Origin: Alphaproteobacteria bacterium
GTDB taxonomy: Bacteria; Pseudomonadota; Alphaproteobacteria; JACZXZ01
Reading direction: 5' to 3'
Length of the DNA: 64,000 nt
Assembly: GCA_035294245.1 (NCBI GenBank)
Contig: DATGLG010000068.1
Span: 146,766 to 210,765 of the forward strand
The notes under the pieces are model-generated. The model did no database searches. It was not told where the DNA came from and saw only the letters and a program-made list of their open reading frames with translations. Shown here piece after piece: positions 50,776 through 60,649 of the stretch. Both the position numbers and the translations under genes were made by a program. How positions within the stretch are numbered: position 1 is the stretch's first letter; each line of letters starts with the position of its first letter.

Positions 50776-51999
50776 TCATCCCCTGGCGTAGAGACGATCG
50801 ATGAGCATCAGGAAGTCGCCGAGCACCTTCCGCTTCGAATAATGCCGCTCCACGAAGCTCCGGCCGCGCCGGCCCAGATCGGCGCGAAGCTGCGGGTCAT
50901 CGGCCAGCTTGAGCACGGCATCGGCGAACGCCGCAGGATTGTTGGGCGGCACGCAAAGGAAGGCCTGGCTCTCCCGCTGAAGCTCCCAGAGCGAGCTTCC
51001 GGGCAGCGCCGAGGTGACAAAGGGCCGCCCCGCCGCCATGATGTTGAACACCTTCGACGGAATCGCGAATTCCGCCGCCTCCGGATTCTGCGGAACCAAG
51101 TGAATGTCACCGGAAGCGAGGCCGCGCGACAGGTCGTGATCGGGAAGGAGCTCCGAGAGGCGAACGTTGCGCAGGTTGCGGCGGGCGATCTCGGCGGCGA
51201 TCGCCTCCGCCTGGCTTCCGCCGCCGCGAAGCATGATCTCGATATCGGGGCGTCGGGCCTGCAATTCCTCGGCCATGGCGATGATCTGGCCGAGACCCTG
51301 CTTCTTGCCGAAATTACCGCTGTAAAGGACTTTGGTCGGCTCGTGGCGCTCTTCCGGAAGCGGGTAGATGCGTTCGGTATCCACCCAGATCGGCACGACC
51401 TGGATGGGCCTCTCGACGCCGATGCGCCGAAGCTCCTGCTTCATATCCTCGGTCAGGACGATGATGAGATCGACCCGATTGAGGAGCTGGCGCTCGCACC
51501 AGCGCATGACGCGAATCATCACACCGTTGTCGACGAGCCGCAACCCGCGCGCCAAGCCCGACTGGATATCGTGCACGATCGCGATGTGGCATCCTCCTTT
51601 TCGACGCGCGATCTGGCCCAACGCCAGGCAGAGGATCGAGGGGCAAAGAGAAAATACCAGCGGCCGCCGCCCCAAGCGCCGGGTCACAAGGGCAGCACCT
51701 CCCTGGATCGCGAAAGCAAGCTCGCTTGCAATGCGGTAGGGCGCCGATCTGTGCCGCGGAATCCAGTTCCGCACGCGCTCGACGGCCACGCCGTTGATGA
51801 TCTCCTGCTTGCAGCGGCGCTTGCGGTAATCGGGGAATACCTCGGCCCGGGGATAATGGGGCAGCCCGGTCAGCACCGTGGTGCGACGCCCGTGCTGGTT
51901 CAGCCATTCCGCGAGGTCGGCACAGAACGGCGCCGAGCCGATGAGCTCAGGCTTATAGTATTGCGTGATGAGAAGCGCCCGCAGTGGCACCATTCGCAT
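50776..51999 (-). CDS. Glycosyltransferase, WcaI-like (GT4)
   Basis: 407 aa. N-terminus MRMVPLRALLITQYYKPELIGSAPF… is typical of WcaI-like GTs. Confidence 0.7.
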   Translation of the reverse strand: MRMVPLRALLITQYYKPELIGSAPFCADLAEWLNQHGRRTTVLTGLPHYPRAEVFPDYRKRRCKQEIINGVAVERVRNWIPRHRSAPYRIASELAFAIQGGAALVTRRLGRRPLVFSLCPSILCLALGQIARRKGGCHIAIVHDIQSGLARGLRLVDNGVMIRVMRWCERQLLNRVDLIIVLTEDMKQELRRIGVERPIQVVPIWVDTERIYPLPEERHEPTKVLYSGNFGKKQGLGQIIAMAEELQARRPDIEIMLRGGGSQAEAIAAEIARRNLRNVRLSELLPDHDLSRGLASGDIHLVPQNPEAAEFAIPSKVFNIMAAGRPFVTSALPGSSLWELQRESQAFLCVPPNNPAAFADAVLKLADDPQLRADLGRRGRSFVERHYSKRKVLGDFLMLIDRLYARG

Positions 52000-52006
52000 G
52001 CACGGC

Positions 52007-54268
52007 CTATCCCAACCGCGTCAACGCCGGCCTCACATACTCATAGTCCAGGCGGCCATAGCCGTATTGGCGATAGCGCTTGGGATCCACGCGTGTGAGG
52101 ACGACGCCGGCCACATCGCCTTGCGCCTCGATGATCTGCTTCAGCCCCTCGAGCGCCACTTCCTGCCGCGTATGGCCCCAGCGAACGGCGAAGACCACCT
52201 TGTCGACGATCCTCGATAAGGTGAGGACCTCGGCGCCCACCAGCACGGGCGGCGTGTCGAGGATGACGAAATCGTAGCTCTTGGCGAATGCGCGCAGGAT
52301 GAGCCGCATCCGCTCGGAGGTGAGGGCGTGGACGGCCGTCGGTCGCCAATTTCCCGCCGGGATCACGTCGAGCCCCGAGAGCGCATCGTTGTAGATGATC
52401 TCGTTGAGCGCCACCTTCTCGTCCGTCAGCAGGGCCGCCAGGCCGTCCTTGTTCGAGCAATGGAACAGCCGGTGCAAGCTGGGGCTTCGCCAGTCGCAAT
52501 CGATCAGGAGAACGCGGCGCCCATTGCTCGCCAGCAACCGGCCCAATGAGGCGGCCAGAACCGATTTTCCCTCGCCGGGTGTCGCCGAGCAGAACATGAC
52601 GGTCTTTGGCGAGGATTGCGCCGAGCCGGAGAGCTCGAGCCCGATATGGAGCTTGCGCAATGCCTCGCTATAGGGCGAAACCGGCTTGCGCAGGACATGG
52701 GCGACAGGCGACGGGCCGCGTCCGAGATTCGGCACCATGGCGAGCACCGGGAGTCCCGTCACCGCCTCGATCTGGCTGCCGCGGCGGAACGTCCGGTCCG
52801 CGCCTTCCTGCAGAAGCGACAGGATAATGCCGACGAGCGCGCCGCCCAGCGTTCCGAGGAAGACAAGCAGCGGCTTCGGTGGAAATGCGGGCGAGAGCGG
52901 CGGAGCCGCCGAGGATATGATCTTGGCGTCGGAGCGCTGCAGCTCCTGCTGACCGATGATCTCCTTGGCGCGACTCAGCATGCTTTGCAGCAGATTGCGG
53001 TTGACCGTCGCGTCGCGCTCCAAGGCGTCGAGATGGATGCTCTTCTCGTTGACCCCGCCCATCTGGGTCTTGGTCCGGTCGAAATTCTTGCGCAGCGTCT
53101 CGTAACGGGCGTCGGCGGTCATGGCCTCGTTCCGCAGCCCGTCGATGATTCGCGCCACCTCCATTTTGATCTTTTCGCGGATATCGGCGATGTTGGCCTT
53201 CTGATCGATGATCGCCGGGTGCTTGGGCCCGTAGCTCGCCGACAATTCCGCCAGCTTCCGCTCGGCCTCCGCCTGCTGCTGCTTGAGATTCTGGATCAGC
53301 GCCGACTGCAAAACCGCCGGCACGCTCTCGCCGTTGAGTCCGTGCCGCCTGACCGAGAGCGCCTCGTTCAACCGCGCATCGGCCTCCGCCTTGGCAGTCT
53401 GCGCGAGGATGAGCTGCGTGTTCAGCTCCGTGAGCTGCTGCGAGGTGACCCCGGTATTCGCGCCGTTATAGAGTCCGTATTGCCTGCGGTAGTCCTCGAC
53501 GGCCTGCTCGGATTTCTCGACCTGCTTGCGTAGCTCGGCAATGCGGTCGGCGAGGAACTTCTCGACCTCGTCGGTGGTCGCGATCTTGTTGTTGCGCGCC
53601 TGCTCGATATAGTCCTTCGCAAGGGTATTGGCGATCGCGGCGGCGACGTCCGGATTCTCTGCCGAAGCCTGGATGCTCAAGACATGGGTCCGCCCCAAGG
53701 TCGACACATCGAGCTTGGAGAGGAAGATGTCGACCATCTGGTTTTCCTTGAGCGCCGCCGCCTTGGCGGGGTCGAGCGCCGGCGCCGGCGCCTTGCCGGC
53801 TCCGAACCAGTCGTGCAGCCTTTCGCCGATATTGAGGCGGGGCATCCAGCCGCTATGGAGCACGAGGGCCGGGTTGAACTCCGGGTCGCTCGCCAGATTG
53901 AGCTGATCGATGACCTTTCGGGCCAGGTCGCGCGATTGGACGACATAGGCCTCGCCCTGAACGATCTCCGCATCCGGCGGGGTGTTGCTCAGGATCGAAT
54001 CGGCGGTCAGCACCTTGGGCTGCTCCACCCCGACGAGGACCCGCGCCTCCGCCACGTAGTGCGACGGCATGCGCACGGCCACGATCGTGGTGATGATCGC
54101 GAACGCAATGGTGCAGGCGAGGATCAGGCGCCGATGCCGCCAGAGCTTCCGCAGCGTGTCGACGAAATCCTGTTGCGGTGGCGGCGCCGCGATGATCGGC
54201 TGGGACTCAATGACCCGCTCGCGCGGCAAGCCGTGATGCCGTGCCTGGACAAGATCTGGAAGCGACAT
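52007..54268 (-). CDS. Exopolysaccharide chain-length determinant / transport protein with C-terminal BY-kinase domain (ExoP/Wzc/GumC-like, PCP-2a)
   Basis: 753 aa. N-terminal Wzz domain with TM, long coiled-coil, second TM, then an ATPase domain (Walker A …TPGEGKSVLAASLG…, Walker B …FVILDTPPV…). Confidence 0.8.
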   Translation of the reverse strand: MSLPDLVQARHHGLPRERVIESQPIIAAPPPQQDFVDTLRKLWRHRRLILACTIAFAIITTIVAVRMPSHYVAEARVLVGVEQPKVLTADSILSNTPPDAEIVQGEAYVVQSRDLARKVIDQLNLASDPEFNPALVLHSGWMPRLNIGERLHDWFGAGKAPAPALDPAKAAALKENQMVDIFLSKLDVSTLGRTHVLSIQASAENPDVAAAIANTLAKDYIEQARNNKIATTDEVEKFLADRIAELRKQVEKSEQAVEDYRRQYGLYNGANTGVTSQQLTELNTQLILAQTAKAEADARLNEALSVRRHGLNGESVPAVLQSALIQNLKQQQAEAERKLAELSASYGPKHPAIIDQKANIADIREKIKMEVARIIDGLRNEAMTADARYETLRKNFDRTKTQMGGVNEKSIHLDALERDATVNRNLLQSMLSRAKEIIGQQELQRSDAKIISSAAPPLSPAFPPKPLLVFLGTLGGALVGIILSLLQEGADRTFRRGSQIEAVTGLPVLAMVPNLGRGPSPVAHVLRKPVSPYSEALRKLHIGLELSGSAQSSPKTVMFCSATPGEGKSVLAASLGRLLASNGRRVLLIDCDWRSPSLHRLFHCSNKDGLAALLTDEKVALNEIIYNDALSGLDVIPAGNWRPTAVHALTSERMRLILRAFAKSYDFVILDTPPVLVGAEVLTLSRIVDKVVFAVRWGHTRQEVALEGLKQIIEAQGDVAGVVLTRVDPKRYRQYGYGRLDYEYVRPALTRLG

Positions 54269-54915
54269 CAGAAGAAACGCTCTCGTACGGTTATCACGTC
54301 GCCGGGCTGGACCGGCGTGTCGGGGGCCGCATCGATCTTGACCTTGCGGCCGTCTTTCTCGGAGCGGGTGACGTAGAAGGAGTCGTCCCGGGCGCGATAG
54401 GTGAAGCCGCCGGCAAGGGCCACGGCATTGATGACGGTCATGCCCGAGACATAGGCGTAGCTGCCCGGCGTCCTCACCTCGCCAACGATGTAGAACGGCC
54501 GGTAGGTCAGCACCTGGACGCTGACCTTCGGGTCCTTCAAGTAATTCGGCTGCAGCTTGGAAATGAGCTCGGAAGCCAGCTCGTCCGCGGTCAAGCCGCC
54601 CGCCTTGACCTGCCCGACGAGAGGAAAGGACAGCATGCCGGTGCCATCCACGAGATACTCGCCGGTGAGATCCTTTTGCCCGAATACGGTGATCTGCACG
54701 TGGTCGCCCGAGCCGAGCCGATATCCAGGCACCTGCTGCCCCGGCGTTTGATTTGCCGGCCCGGTCGAAGCGATGTTCGCGGCGTGCTTGCTCTCATTCG
54801 CGGCGGCCCGGGCCGCCGCGAAAGCGCCCGCTGCCCCGAGAAGTGCCAGCGCGGCCAATGCCGACACCAAAACCCGGCGACGAATCAAACGAGCGATGTC
54901 GAGGTTCCACCGCAT
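54268..54915 (-). CDS. Polysaccharide export protein (Wza/ExoF/GumB-like, short form)
   Basis: Preferred start 54913-54915 (MRWNLDIARLI...). Signal peptide, then a Poly_export domain (…YRLGSGDHVQITVFG…) plus SLBB. The ORF track starts at 54990. Confidence 0.7.
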   Translation of the reverse strand: MRWNLDIARLIRRRVLVSALAALALLGAAGAFAAARAAANESKHAANIASTGPANQTPGQQVPGYRLGSGDHVQITVFGQKDLTGEYLVDGTGMLSFPLVGQVKAGGLTADELASELISKLQPNYLKDPKVSVQVLTYRPFYIVGEVRTPGSYAYVSGMTVINAVALAGGFTYRARDDSFYVTRSEKDGRKVKIDAAPDTPVQPGDVITVRERFF

Positions 54916-55131
54916 GTCGTCACTCGTTTTTGCTGTGTATCCGCGGCCGCATATGCCTCGCGGCCGCTCGAAAGGGAGCGGCTCCTCCAAGGGAGTAGTC
55001 CGATGAGGGGTTGTACCAACAAATCCCCCCGCCCTGTTGTGACCAAACCGGGGCCGGAATGGGCCCGATTCCGAAGCCGCAATGGGGCTTGGCGGGCTTG
55101 GGCGACGGCGACCAAGAGGGACCAGCCGGCG

Positions 55132-56181
55132 CTAGGCGCGTCTGACATTTTTCACCGCACGCGCGATATCTTGATTATGCCAGGCCCAGGCGCTCGCGAT
55201 CTGCTGCTCAAGATGCGGATAAGCGGGCCGCCAGCCGAGCTCGTGTTTCGCCTTGGATGGATCAGCGAGCAGGATGGCCGGGTCGCCAGGCCGGCGCGGC
55301 TGGGTCTTCACCGGGATCGCACAGCCGGTTACGGCACGCGCGGTTTCGATGACCTCCCAGACCGAGGCGCCGGTTCCGCTTCCCAGGTTGAAGGCATGCG
55401 CGCCCGCCGCCTGTCCCAGGAACTTCAAGGCGGCCAAATGCGCGGCCGCCAAGTCGCTGACATGCACGTAGTCGCGGATGCAGGTTCCGTCCTTGGTGTC
55501 ATAATCGGTTCCGAACACGACGGCGTGGGAGCGGCGTCCGGCCGCGACCTCCAAGACCAGCGGAACGAGATGGGTCTCATCACGATGGGCCTCGCCGATC
55601 CCGGCATCGGCGTCGGCGCCCGCTGCGTTGAAATAGCGCAGCGAGACTGAGCGGATGCCATAGGCCGTGGCGAAATCCTGCAAGATGCGCTCGCACATCA
55701 TCTTGCTTGCGCCATAGGCGTTGACCGGCGCCTGGGGATGCTCTTCCGACATCGGCGTCCATTGCGGCTCGCCATAGACCGCAGCGCTCGAGGAGAACAC
55801 CAGCCGCGACATGCCGGCGCGCCGCATGACGCCGAGGAGCCCCAGCATGTTCATGACGTTGTTGGAATAGTACCGTGCCGGGCGCACAACCGACTCGCCC
55901 GCGGCGATCGACCCCGCCAGGTGAATGACGGCAATCGGCTGATAACGCCGGACCACATCCTCCAGCTTGCTGATATGGGCGAGGTCGCCCTGCTCGAACG
56001 GCCCCCAGCGCACGGCCCAGCGGTGCCCGTGGGAAAGATTGTCGTAGGTGACGGGGCGGAACCCGGCGTCTGCAAGCGCCTTGCAGACATGGCTGCCGAT
56101 ATAACCCGCGCCGCCCGTGACAAGGACGGGCAATGCTTCGTTAGGCACGGCCGTAATTGTCCGTGATGCGGACGATATCAT
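55132..56181 (-). CDS. galE: UDP-glucose 4-epimerase
   Basis: VLVTGGAGYIGSH…, YGASK. A GTG alternative start at 56146-56148 would avoid the 41-nt overlap with manC. Confidence 0.85.
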   Translation of the reverse strand: MISSASRTITAVPNEALPVLVTGGAGYIGSHVCKALADAGFRPVTYDNLSHGHRWAVRWGPFEQGDLAHISKLEDVVRRYQPIAVIHLAGSIAAGESVVRPARYYSNNVMNMLGLLGVMRRAGMSRLVFSSSAAVYGEPQWTPMSEEHPQAPVNAYGASKMMCERILQDFATAYGIRSVSLRYFNAAGADADAGIGEAHRDETHLVPLVLEVAAGRRSHAVVFGTDYDTKDGTCIRDYVHVSDLAAAHLAALKFLGQAAGAHAFNLGSGTGASVWEVIETARAVTGCAIPVKTQPRRPGDPAILLADPSKAKHELGWRPAYPHLEQQIASAWAWHNQDIARAVKNVRRA

Positions 56182-57604
56182 CCTCGCCCAGATAGCTCCC
56201 GGACTGAACCTCGATCAGATGCAGCGGAACCCTGCCCGGATTTTCCAGCCGGTGCTCCGTACCGATCGGTATGTAGACGGACTCGTTCTCCCTCACGAGC
56301 ATGGTCTCCTGGCCGCGCTGGACCAGCGCCGTGCCATGCACCACCACCCAATGCTCGGCGCGATGGAAATGCTTTTGCAAGCTGAGCTTGGCGCCCGGCT
56401 TGACCATGATGCGCTTGACCTGGAAACGGTCGCCGGTGTCGACGCTGCGATAGAAGCCCCAGGGCCTATGAACCGTCGTGTGATGTATCGGCTCCGACCG
56501 GTTTCGCTTTCGTAATTGCTCGACGATTCCCGAAACCTCGGCCGCGCAGTCGGCCCTGGCAACGAACACCGCATCGTCGGTCGCCACGACAACGACGTCC
56601 TCGAGGCCGATCGCGGCGATGAGCTTTCCTTCCGTGCGGAGATAAGAGCGCCGCACGTTTTCGCAAATGACATCCCCGTGGATCACGTTGCCGTTCTCGT
56701 CGGAGGAGTTGACCTCGCGCAAGGCTTGCCACGAGCCGATGTCGCTCCAGAACATCTCGACCGGGATCACCACGGCGTTCTCGGTGTGCTCCATGACCGC
56801 GCGATCCACCGAAAGCGACGGCGCCTCCCCGAACGACGATGATTCGAGCCTGAAGAAGCTCAAATCCTCCTTGGCGTTCTTCACGGCGCGGGAGCACGCG
56901 TCGAACATTCCCGGATGCAGCCGTCGCAATTCGTCGAGGAAGCCGCGCGCGCTGAAGAGGAAAATCCCGCTGTTCCAGAAGAACACGCCACTCTCAACAA
57001 AGCGCTGAGCGCTCTCGCGCTCGGGCTTCTCAACGAACTGCTCGACCGCGAGGACGTGCGGGCTGCCGTCGAGAGGATCGCCGCCATGGATATAACCGTA
57101 ACCCGTCTCGGCGCGGGTCGGCTTGATGCCGAACGTCACCAGCTTCCCGGCTTGCGCCGCCGCCACGCCACGACCGACCGCCTCGTGGAACTCCTCCACG
57201 GAGCCAATCACGTGGTCCGAGGGCTGCACGAGCATGAGGGCGTCCGGCTCGCGCGCGGCGAGCCAAAGCGCGGCCACGGCAATGGCCGGCGCCGTATTGC
57301 GCGCCACCGGCTCGAGCAGAATCTGCCGGGGCTTGACCCCGATCTGACGGAGCTGCTCGTCGATCAGAAAGCGGTGCTCGTCATTGCAGATCACGATGGG
57401 ATCCGCAAAGCCGGAATCGACCAGGCCGCGCGCAACCGTCTCCTGAAGCAGGGTGCGATCAGAGGTCAGTTGTAAAAGCTGCTTGGGGTAAAATGCGCGC
57501 GACAGCGGCCATAGCCGCGTTCCCGCGCCGCCCGAGAGAATCACGGGATGTATCTGGGCGGAAGATTGCGGACGGAACCTCCCCAGATCGACGATCGCGT
57601 GCAT
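56141..57604 (-). CDS. manC: Mannose-1-phosphate guanylyltransferase / mannose-6-phosphate isomerase (bifunctional ManC/XanB type)
   Basis: 487 aa. N-terminal NTP-transferase (ILSGGAGTRLWPLSR), C-terminal cupin-type PMI domain. Confidence 0.85.
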   Translation of the reverse strand: MHAIVDLGRFRPQSSAQIHPVILSGGAGTRLWPLSRAFYPKQLLQLTSDRTLLQETVARGLVDSGFADPIVICNDEHRFLIDEQLRQIGVKPRQILLEPVARNTAPAIAVAALWLAAREPDALMLVQPSDHVIGSVEEFHEAVGRGVAAAQAGKLVTFGIKPTRAETGYGYIHGGDPLDGSPHVLAVEQFVEKPERESAQRFVESGVFFWNSGIFLFSARGFLDELRRLHPGMFDACSRAVKNAKEDLSFFRLESSSFGEAPSLSVDRAVMEHTENAVVIPVEMFWSDIGSWQALREVNSSDENGNVIHGDVICENVRRSYLRTEGKLIAAIGLEDVVVVATDDAVFVARADCAAEVSGIVEQLRKRNRSEPIHHTTVHRPWGFYRSVDTGDRFQVKRIMVKPGAKLSLQKHFHRAEHWVVVHGTALVQRGQETMLVRENESVYIPIGTEHRLENPGRVPLHLIEVQSGSYLGEDDIVRITDNYGRA

Positions 57605-57714
57605 CGTTCGCCCTACCCGGAAATGATTATGGCGCTCGGAAAGGGGCGCCGCAGAGCGCTAACCTAGCGATCTATTTCGCCGGGTCACCAGTGATCAAAC
57701 TGTGTCACCGCCGG

Positions 57715-59370
57715 CTACAAGTCGTTGATCGGTAATGTAACGTGCACACAGAGGCCGCCGCCGAGGCGGTTCGCGGCGGAGATGCGGCCGCCCAGCGCCT
57801 CGACATTGCGGCGAACGATCCAGAGCCCCAGGCCGGCGTGACCTTGCTTCTGCTCGTCACCACCTTGCGCCGGATCCTCCTGCACCGCCGCGACCTCCGA
57901 TGCGCGCAGCGAGAAGTAGCGGTCGAAGATACGGTCGATCTTCTTCGGATCGATGCCAGGCCCCTCGTCCTCGATCAGGAGGTCGATATGATTCTCGTTC
58001 CTGAGCAGCGTTACCGTTATCGTCCCGCCGGACGGCGAGAAGCTGATGGCGTTGTCAAGGATGTTCTCGATTACGACGTCGATGACGCCGACCCCCGCTC
58101 TTACCATGACGCCGTCATCGAGATGGCGCGACAGCCGTATGCCGCGCTCGCTCAGGATATCGCGATACCTGAGCAGGACATCGGCAATCACCTGGGTCAG
58201 GTTCACGAGGGCGCGCGGGCTGTCGATGAGATCGGCGGTGTTGTTGTCGAGGCGTTGCGCGGCAATGACGAGCGCCCGCAGCCGGTTGATCGACAAATCC
58301 ACGAGTGAAAGCGCGCGCTGCGCCCTCGGATTGTCGCTCGGCAGCAGCCGCTTGATCGGCTCCAGCGACGACTGGATCGTGGCGAGAGGCGCCTTGAAGG
58401 AATGAGCGTTGTCCTCGGCCGTCTGGCGGATGTCGCGGGCCACGTGATGCAGGTCGAGCACCAGCTTGTCGAAATCCGCCGCAACGCTGGCCAGCTCGGG
58501 GATGACGTTGCGGGCGGTGAAGGAATGCCGTCCGATTCGGCCTTGCCTTATCTCTCGCGCGACCCGGCGGAAATGATTGACGTTGGTCCTCACGCTCCAG
58601 GCGATCAGCCCGGCGAGGAAGAGCCCCACGAGGTAGATGAGCGCCGCGATGCGGACCTCGCGCGTCTGCCAATAGGGTCGGCCTATGGACGTGTTAAGGA
58701 ATTCCGAAGCGGCATGCGCCGAGATGAGCACCCAGCATCCCCACCGGCTCTGGATGGGGATGACCGAGGTGAGAATCTGCTCGCCGCCATCGGGTCGGGT
58801 GTAGCGGATCTCCAGGGGCGAGTCCCAGGTGCAGGTGTCCGAGAGCTTCTCGAGGATGCCGTGCTGGGCGAGGCTGTTCAGTTCCGCATCGACGCGGCCG
58901 GATCCCACTTGGGGAGCCGATGCGACGTAATAGAAGTTTGTGCCGCCCTTGAGGGCGGCCGGTCGGAACATCAGCTTGAGGATCGTCCCGTCGAAGCTGT
59001 ATTTCCGCAGGATCTCGTTGAGGGACCGGCTCGGCGGCCCCTCGGACTGGTCGAGAATGGGGCTGATGGCCTGCGCGATGAGCCAGCTCCGATGCTGGAT
59101 GCTGCGCGCCACGAGATCCTGCATCTTGCGATCGGCGCTCTCGAATTGGCCATAGAGCACGATCGGCAGTGCCACGAAGATTCCGACCAGCAACACCAGC
59201 TTGACGGTCAGCGAGGCGCGTAAGCGCCACGCGGTCTTAGTCAGTGTGTGTGGAATCCGGAGTCGCGCCTCGCCAACGATACCCAAAGGCCGGGAAATTC
59301 TCGATCTCGGAAAATCCATCATCAATAGCGCGAAACTTGTTGCGGATACGCTTGACTGACGAACGCACAT
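57715..59370 (-). CDS. Two-component sensor histidine kinase
   Basis: TM segment, periplasmic region, second TM, HAMP-like, HisKA (…HSFKAPLATI…) and HATPase_c (…DEGPGIDP…GLGL…). The true start is uncertain. The track ORF start at 59370 overlaps the upstream response-regulator gene. Confidence 0.75.
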   Translation of the reverse strand: MCVRQSSVSATSFALLMMDFPRSRISRPLGIVGEARLRIPHTLTKTAWRLRASLTVKLVLLVGIFVALPIVLYGQFESADRKMQDLVARSIQHRSWLIAQAISPILDQSEGPPSRSLNEILRKYSFDGTILKLMFRPAALKGGTNFYYVASAPQVGSGRVDAELNSLAQHGILEKLSDTCTWDSPLEIRYTRPDGGEQILTSVIPIQSRWGCWVLISAHAASEFLNTSIGRPYWQTREVRIAALIYLVGLFLAGLIAWSVRTNVNHFRRVAREIRQGRIGRHSFTARNVIPELASVAADFDKLVLDLHHVARDIRQTAEDNAHSFKAPLATIQSSLEPIKRLLPSDNPRAQRALSLVDLSINRLRALVIAAQRLDNNTADLIDSPRALVNLTQVIADVLLRYRDILSERGIRLSRHLDDGVMVRAGVGVIDVVIENILDNAISFSPSGGTITVTLLRNENHIDLLIEDEGPGIDPKKIDRIFDRYFSLRASEVAAVQEDPAQGGDEQKQGHAGLGLWIVRRNVEALGGRISAANRLGGGLCVHVTLPINDL

Positions 59371-60070
59371 TGGTCCGGAAGCCGTCCTCGCCGCTTCCGG
59401 CGATGAAACCCACGCGATGGACGCAATCGTAGATCGCCCGATAGGTCACGTACTCCCCCGCATGGGTTGCCAGCATATGCACGATATTGAATTCCGTGAC
59501 CGTGAGGTTGATGTCGACGCCTTTCCAGAACGCGCGGCTGACCTTCGGGCGCAATTGCAGATTTCCGCAGACGATATCGTCGTCGCTCGGCAGCTGCTGC
59601 GGCCGCTTACCGGACTCAACGATGAGCCTGACGCGCTTGGCCAGAATTTCCACGCCGCGGGACTTGTCGACGAAGTCGAGCGCTCCGCGGTCGAGAGCGA
59701 TGTTCTCATAGTTCGTCGCCGGCATTCCCGTAAGGAATATGACCGGCACGAGGATTCCATGCCGATGCAGCTGCGGCAAAAGATCGATGCCCGAGCCGGT
59801 CTGGAGCTTCCAGTCCAGGACGATGATGTCCGCGCTGTTGCCCTGGGCGAAGAACTCGAACATCGCCGAGCCGTCGGCGAGCGCGACAACGTCGAAGCCG
59901 AGATCCTCGAGTTCTGCGCTCACCGCCTCGCGATAGGCATCATCGTCGTCGACCAGCACAAGCCGCGTCTTCTTCGCCTCCTGCAGCTCATTTGGAATGG
60001 GCGAGGGATTGGAGTTCGACCAGGCAGAGGCGTTTTCCCTCAGCGGAGTTGTCATCGCTCGATACCTCAT
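59237..60070 (-). CDS. OmpR-family response regulator (receiver + winged-helix)
   Basis: Receiver domain (RLVLVDDDDAYRE…DIIVLDWKLQ…) and a C-terminal wHTH (…FNIVHMLATHAGEYVTYRAIYD…). An alternative start is at 60055 (MTTPL). Confidence 0.8.
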   Translation of the reverse strand: MRYRAMTTPLRENASAWSNSNPSPIPNELQEAKKTRLVLVDDDDAYREAVSAELEDLGFDVVALADGSAMFEFFAQGNSADIIVLDWKLQTGSGIDLLPQLHRHGILVPVIFLTGMPATNYENIALDRGALDFVDKSRGVEILAKRVRLIVESGKRPQQLPSDDDIVCGNLQLRPKVSRAFWKGVDINLTVTEFNIVHMLATHAGEYVTYRAIYDCVHRVGFIAGSGEDGFRTNVRSSVKRIRNKFRAIDDGFSEIENFPAFGYRWRGATPDSTHTD

Positions 60071-60479
60071 AGGAAAGCGTGTGATAAACGTGGGTCTGAA
60101 CGTCCGGATAAAGGGAAACGTCCAGCGTGCATTTCCCGCTGCGGTACTTCCAGGTCTTTCCGGGCGCCTGGTCCTGCTGGGACGTCGGCGGCCCGAAGAG
60201 GGCGGCGAGCTGATCCTCGTCCAACCCGATCAGGCTGTTCGACGACGATGCGCCCGACTCCGGCGGCGGCTCGGGAATGGGCAGGTTGGCCTTGTCCAGG
60301 GTGCGTATTCCGTGCCTGGAGCCTTCCGCCCTCGCATGCATCTGGTAGCCCGCAGCATGCCCCGCCGGTTGAGCGAAGAACCGTTGCGCGTCACATCCCG
60401 ACAACAGCACGACTCCCATACTCCAGCAGATCCACTGCCACGGCCTTTTGCATTTCATGGCCTTTTCCGCAAACGTCAT
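59988..60479 (-). CDS. Hypothetical lipoprotein (lipobox LLSGC), first gene of the two-component operon
   Basis: 163 aa, signal peptide plus Cys. No domain recognised. Its 3' end overlaps the RR start. Confidence 0.4.
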   Translation of the reverse strand: MTFAEKAMKCKRPWQWICWSMGVVLLSGCDAQRFFAQPAGHAAGYQMHARAEGSRHGIRTLDKANLPIPEPPPESGASSSNSLIGLDEDQLAALFGPPTSQQDQAPGKTWKYRSGKCTLDVSLYPDVQTHVYHTLSYEVSSDDNSAEGKRLCLVELQSLAHSK

Positions 60480-60649
60480 GCACGCGGCAACACGCCCGCC
60501 TCTCAGCCCTCCCCTACCCCGTTTATCTGTTCAACCCCTTGCCATCGACCACGCCACAGGCCCCTCGGCCGCGGCCCCGGCAATGCTCAACGCCATGTCC
60601 AGGTCTTGGTCGTACGCCTCACGCCTGTCCCCAAGGTGAAGGGTGAACT

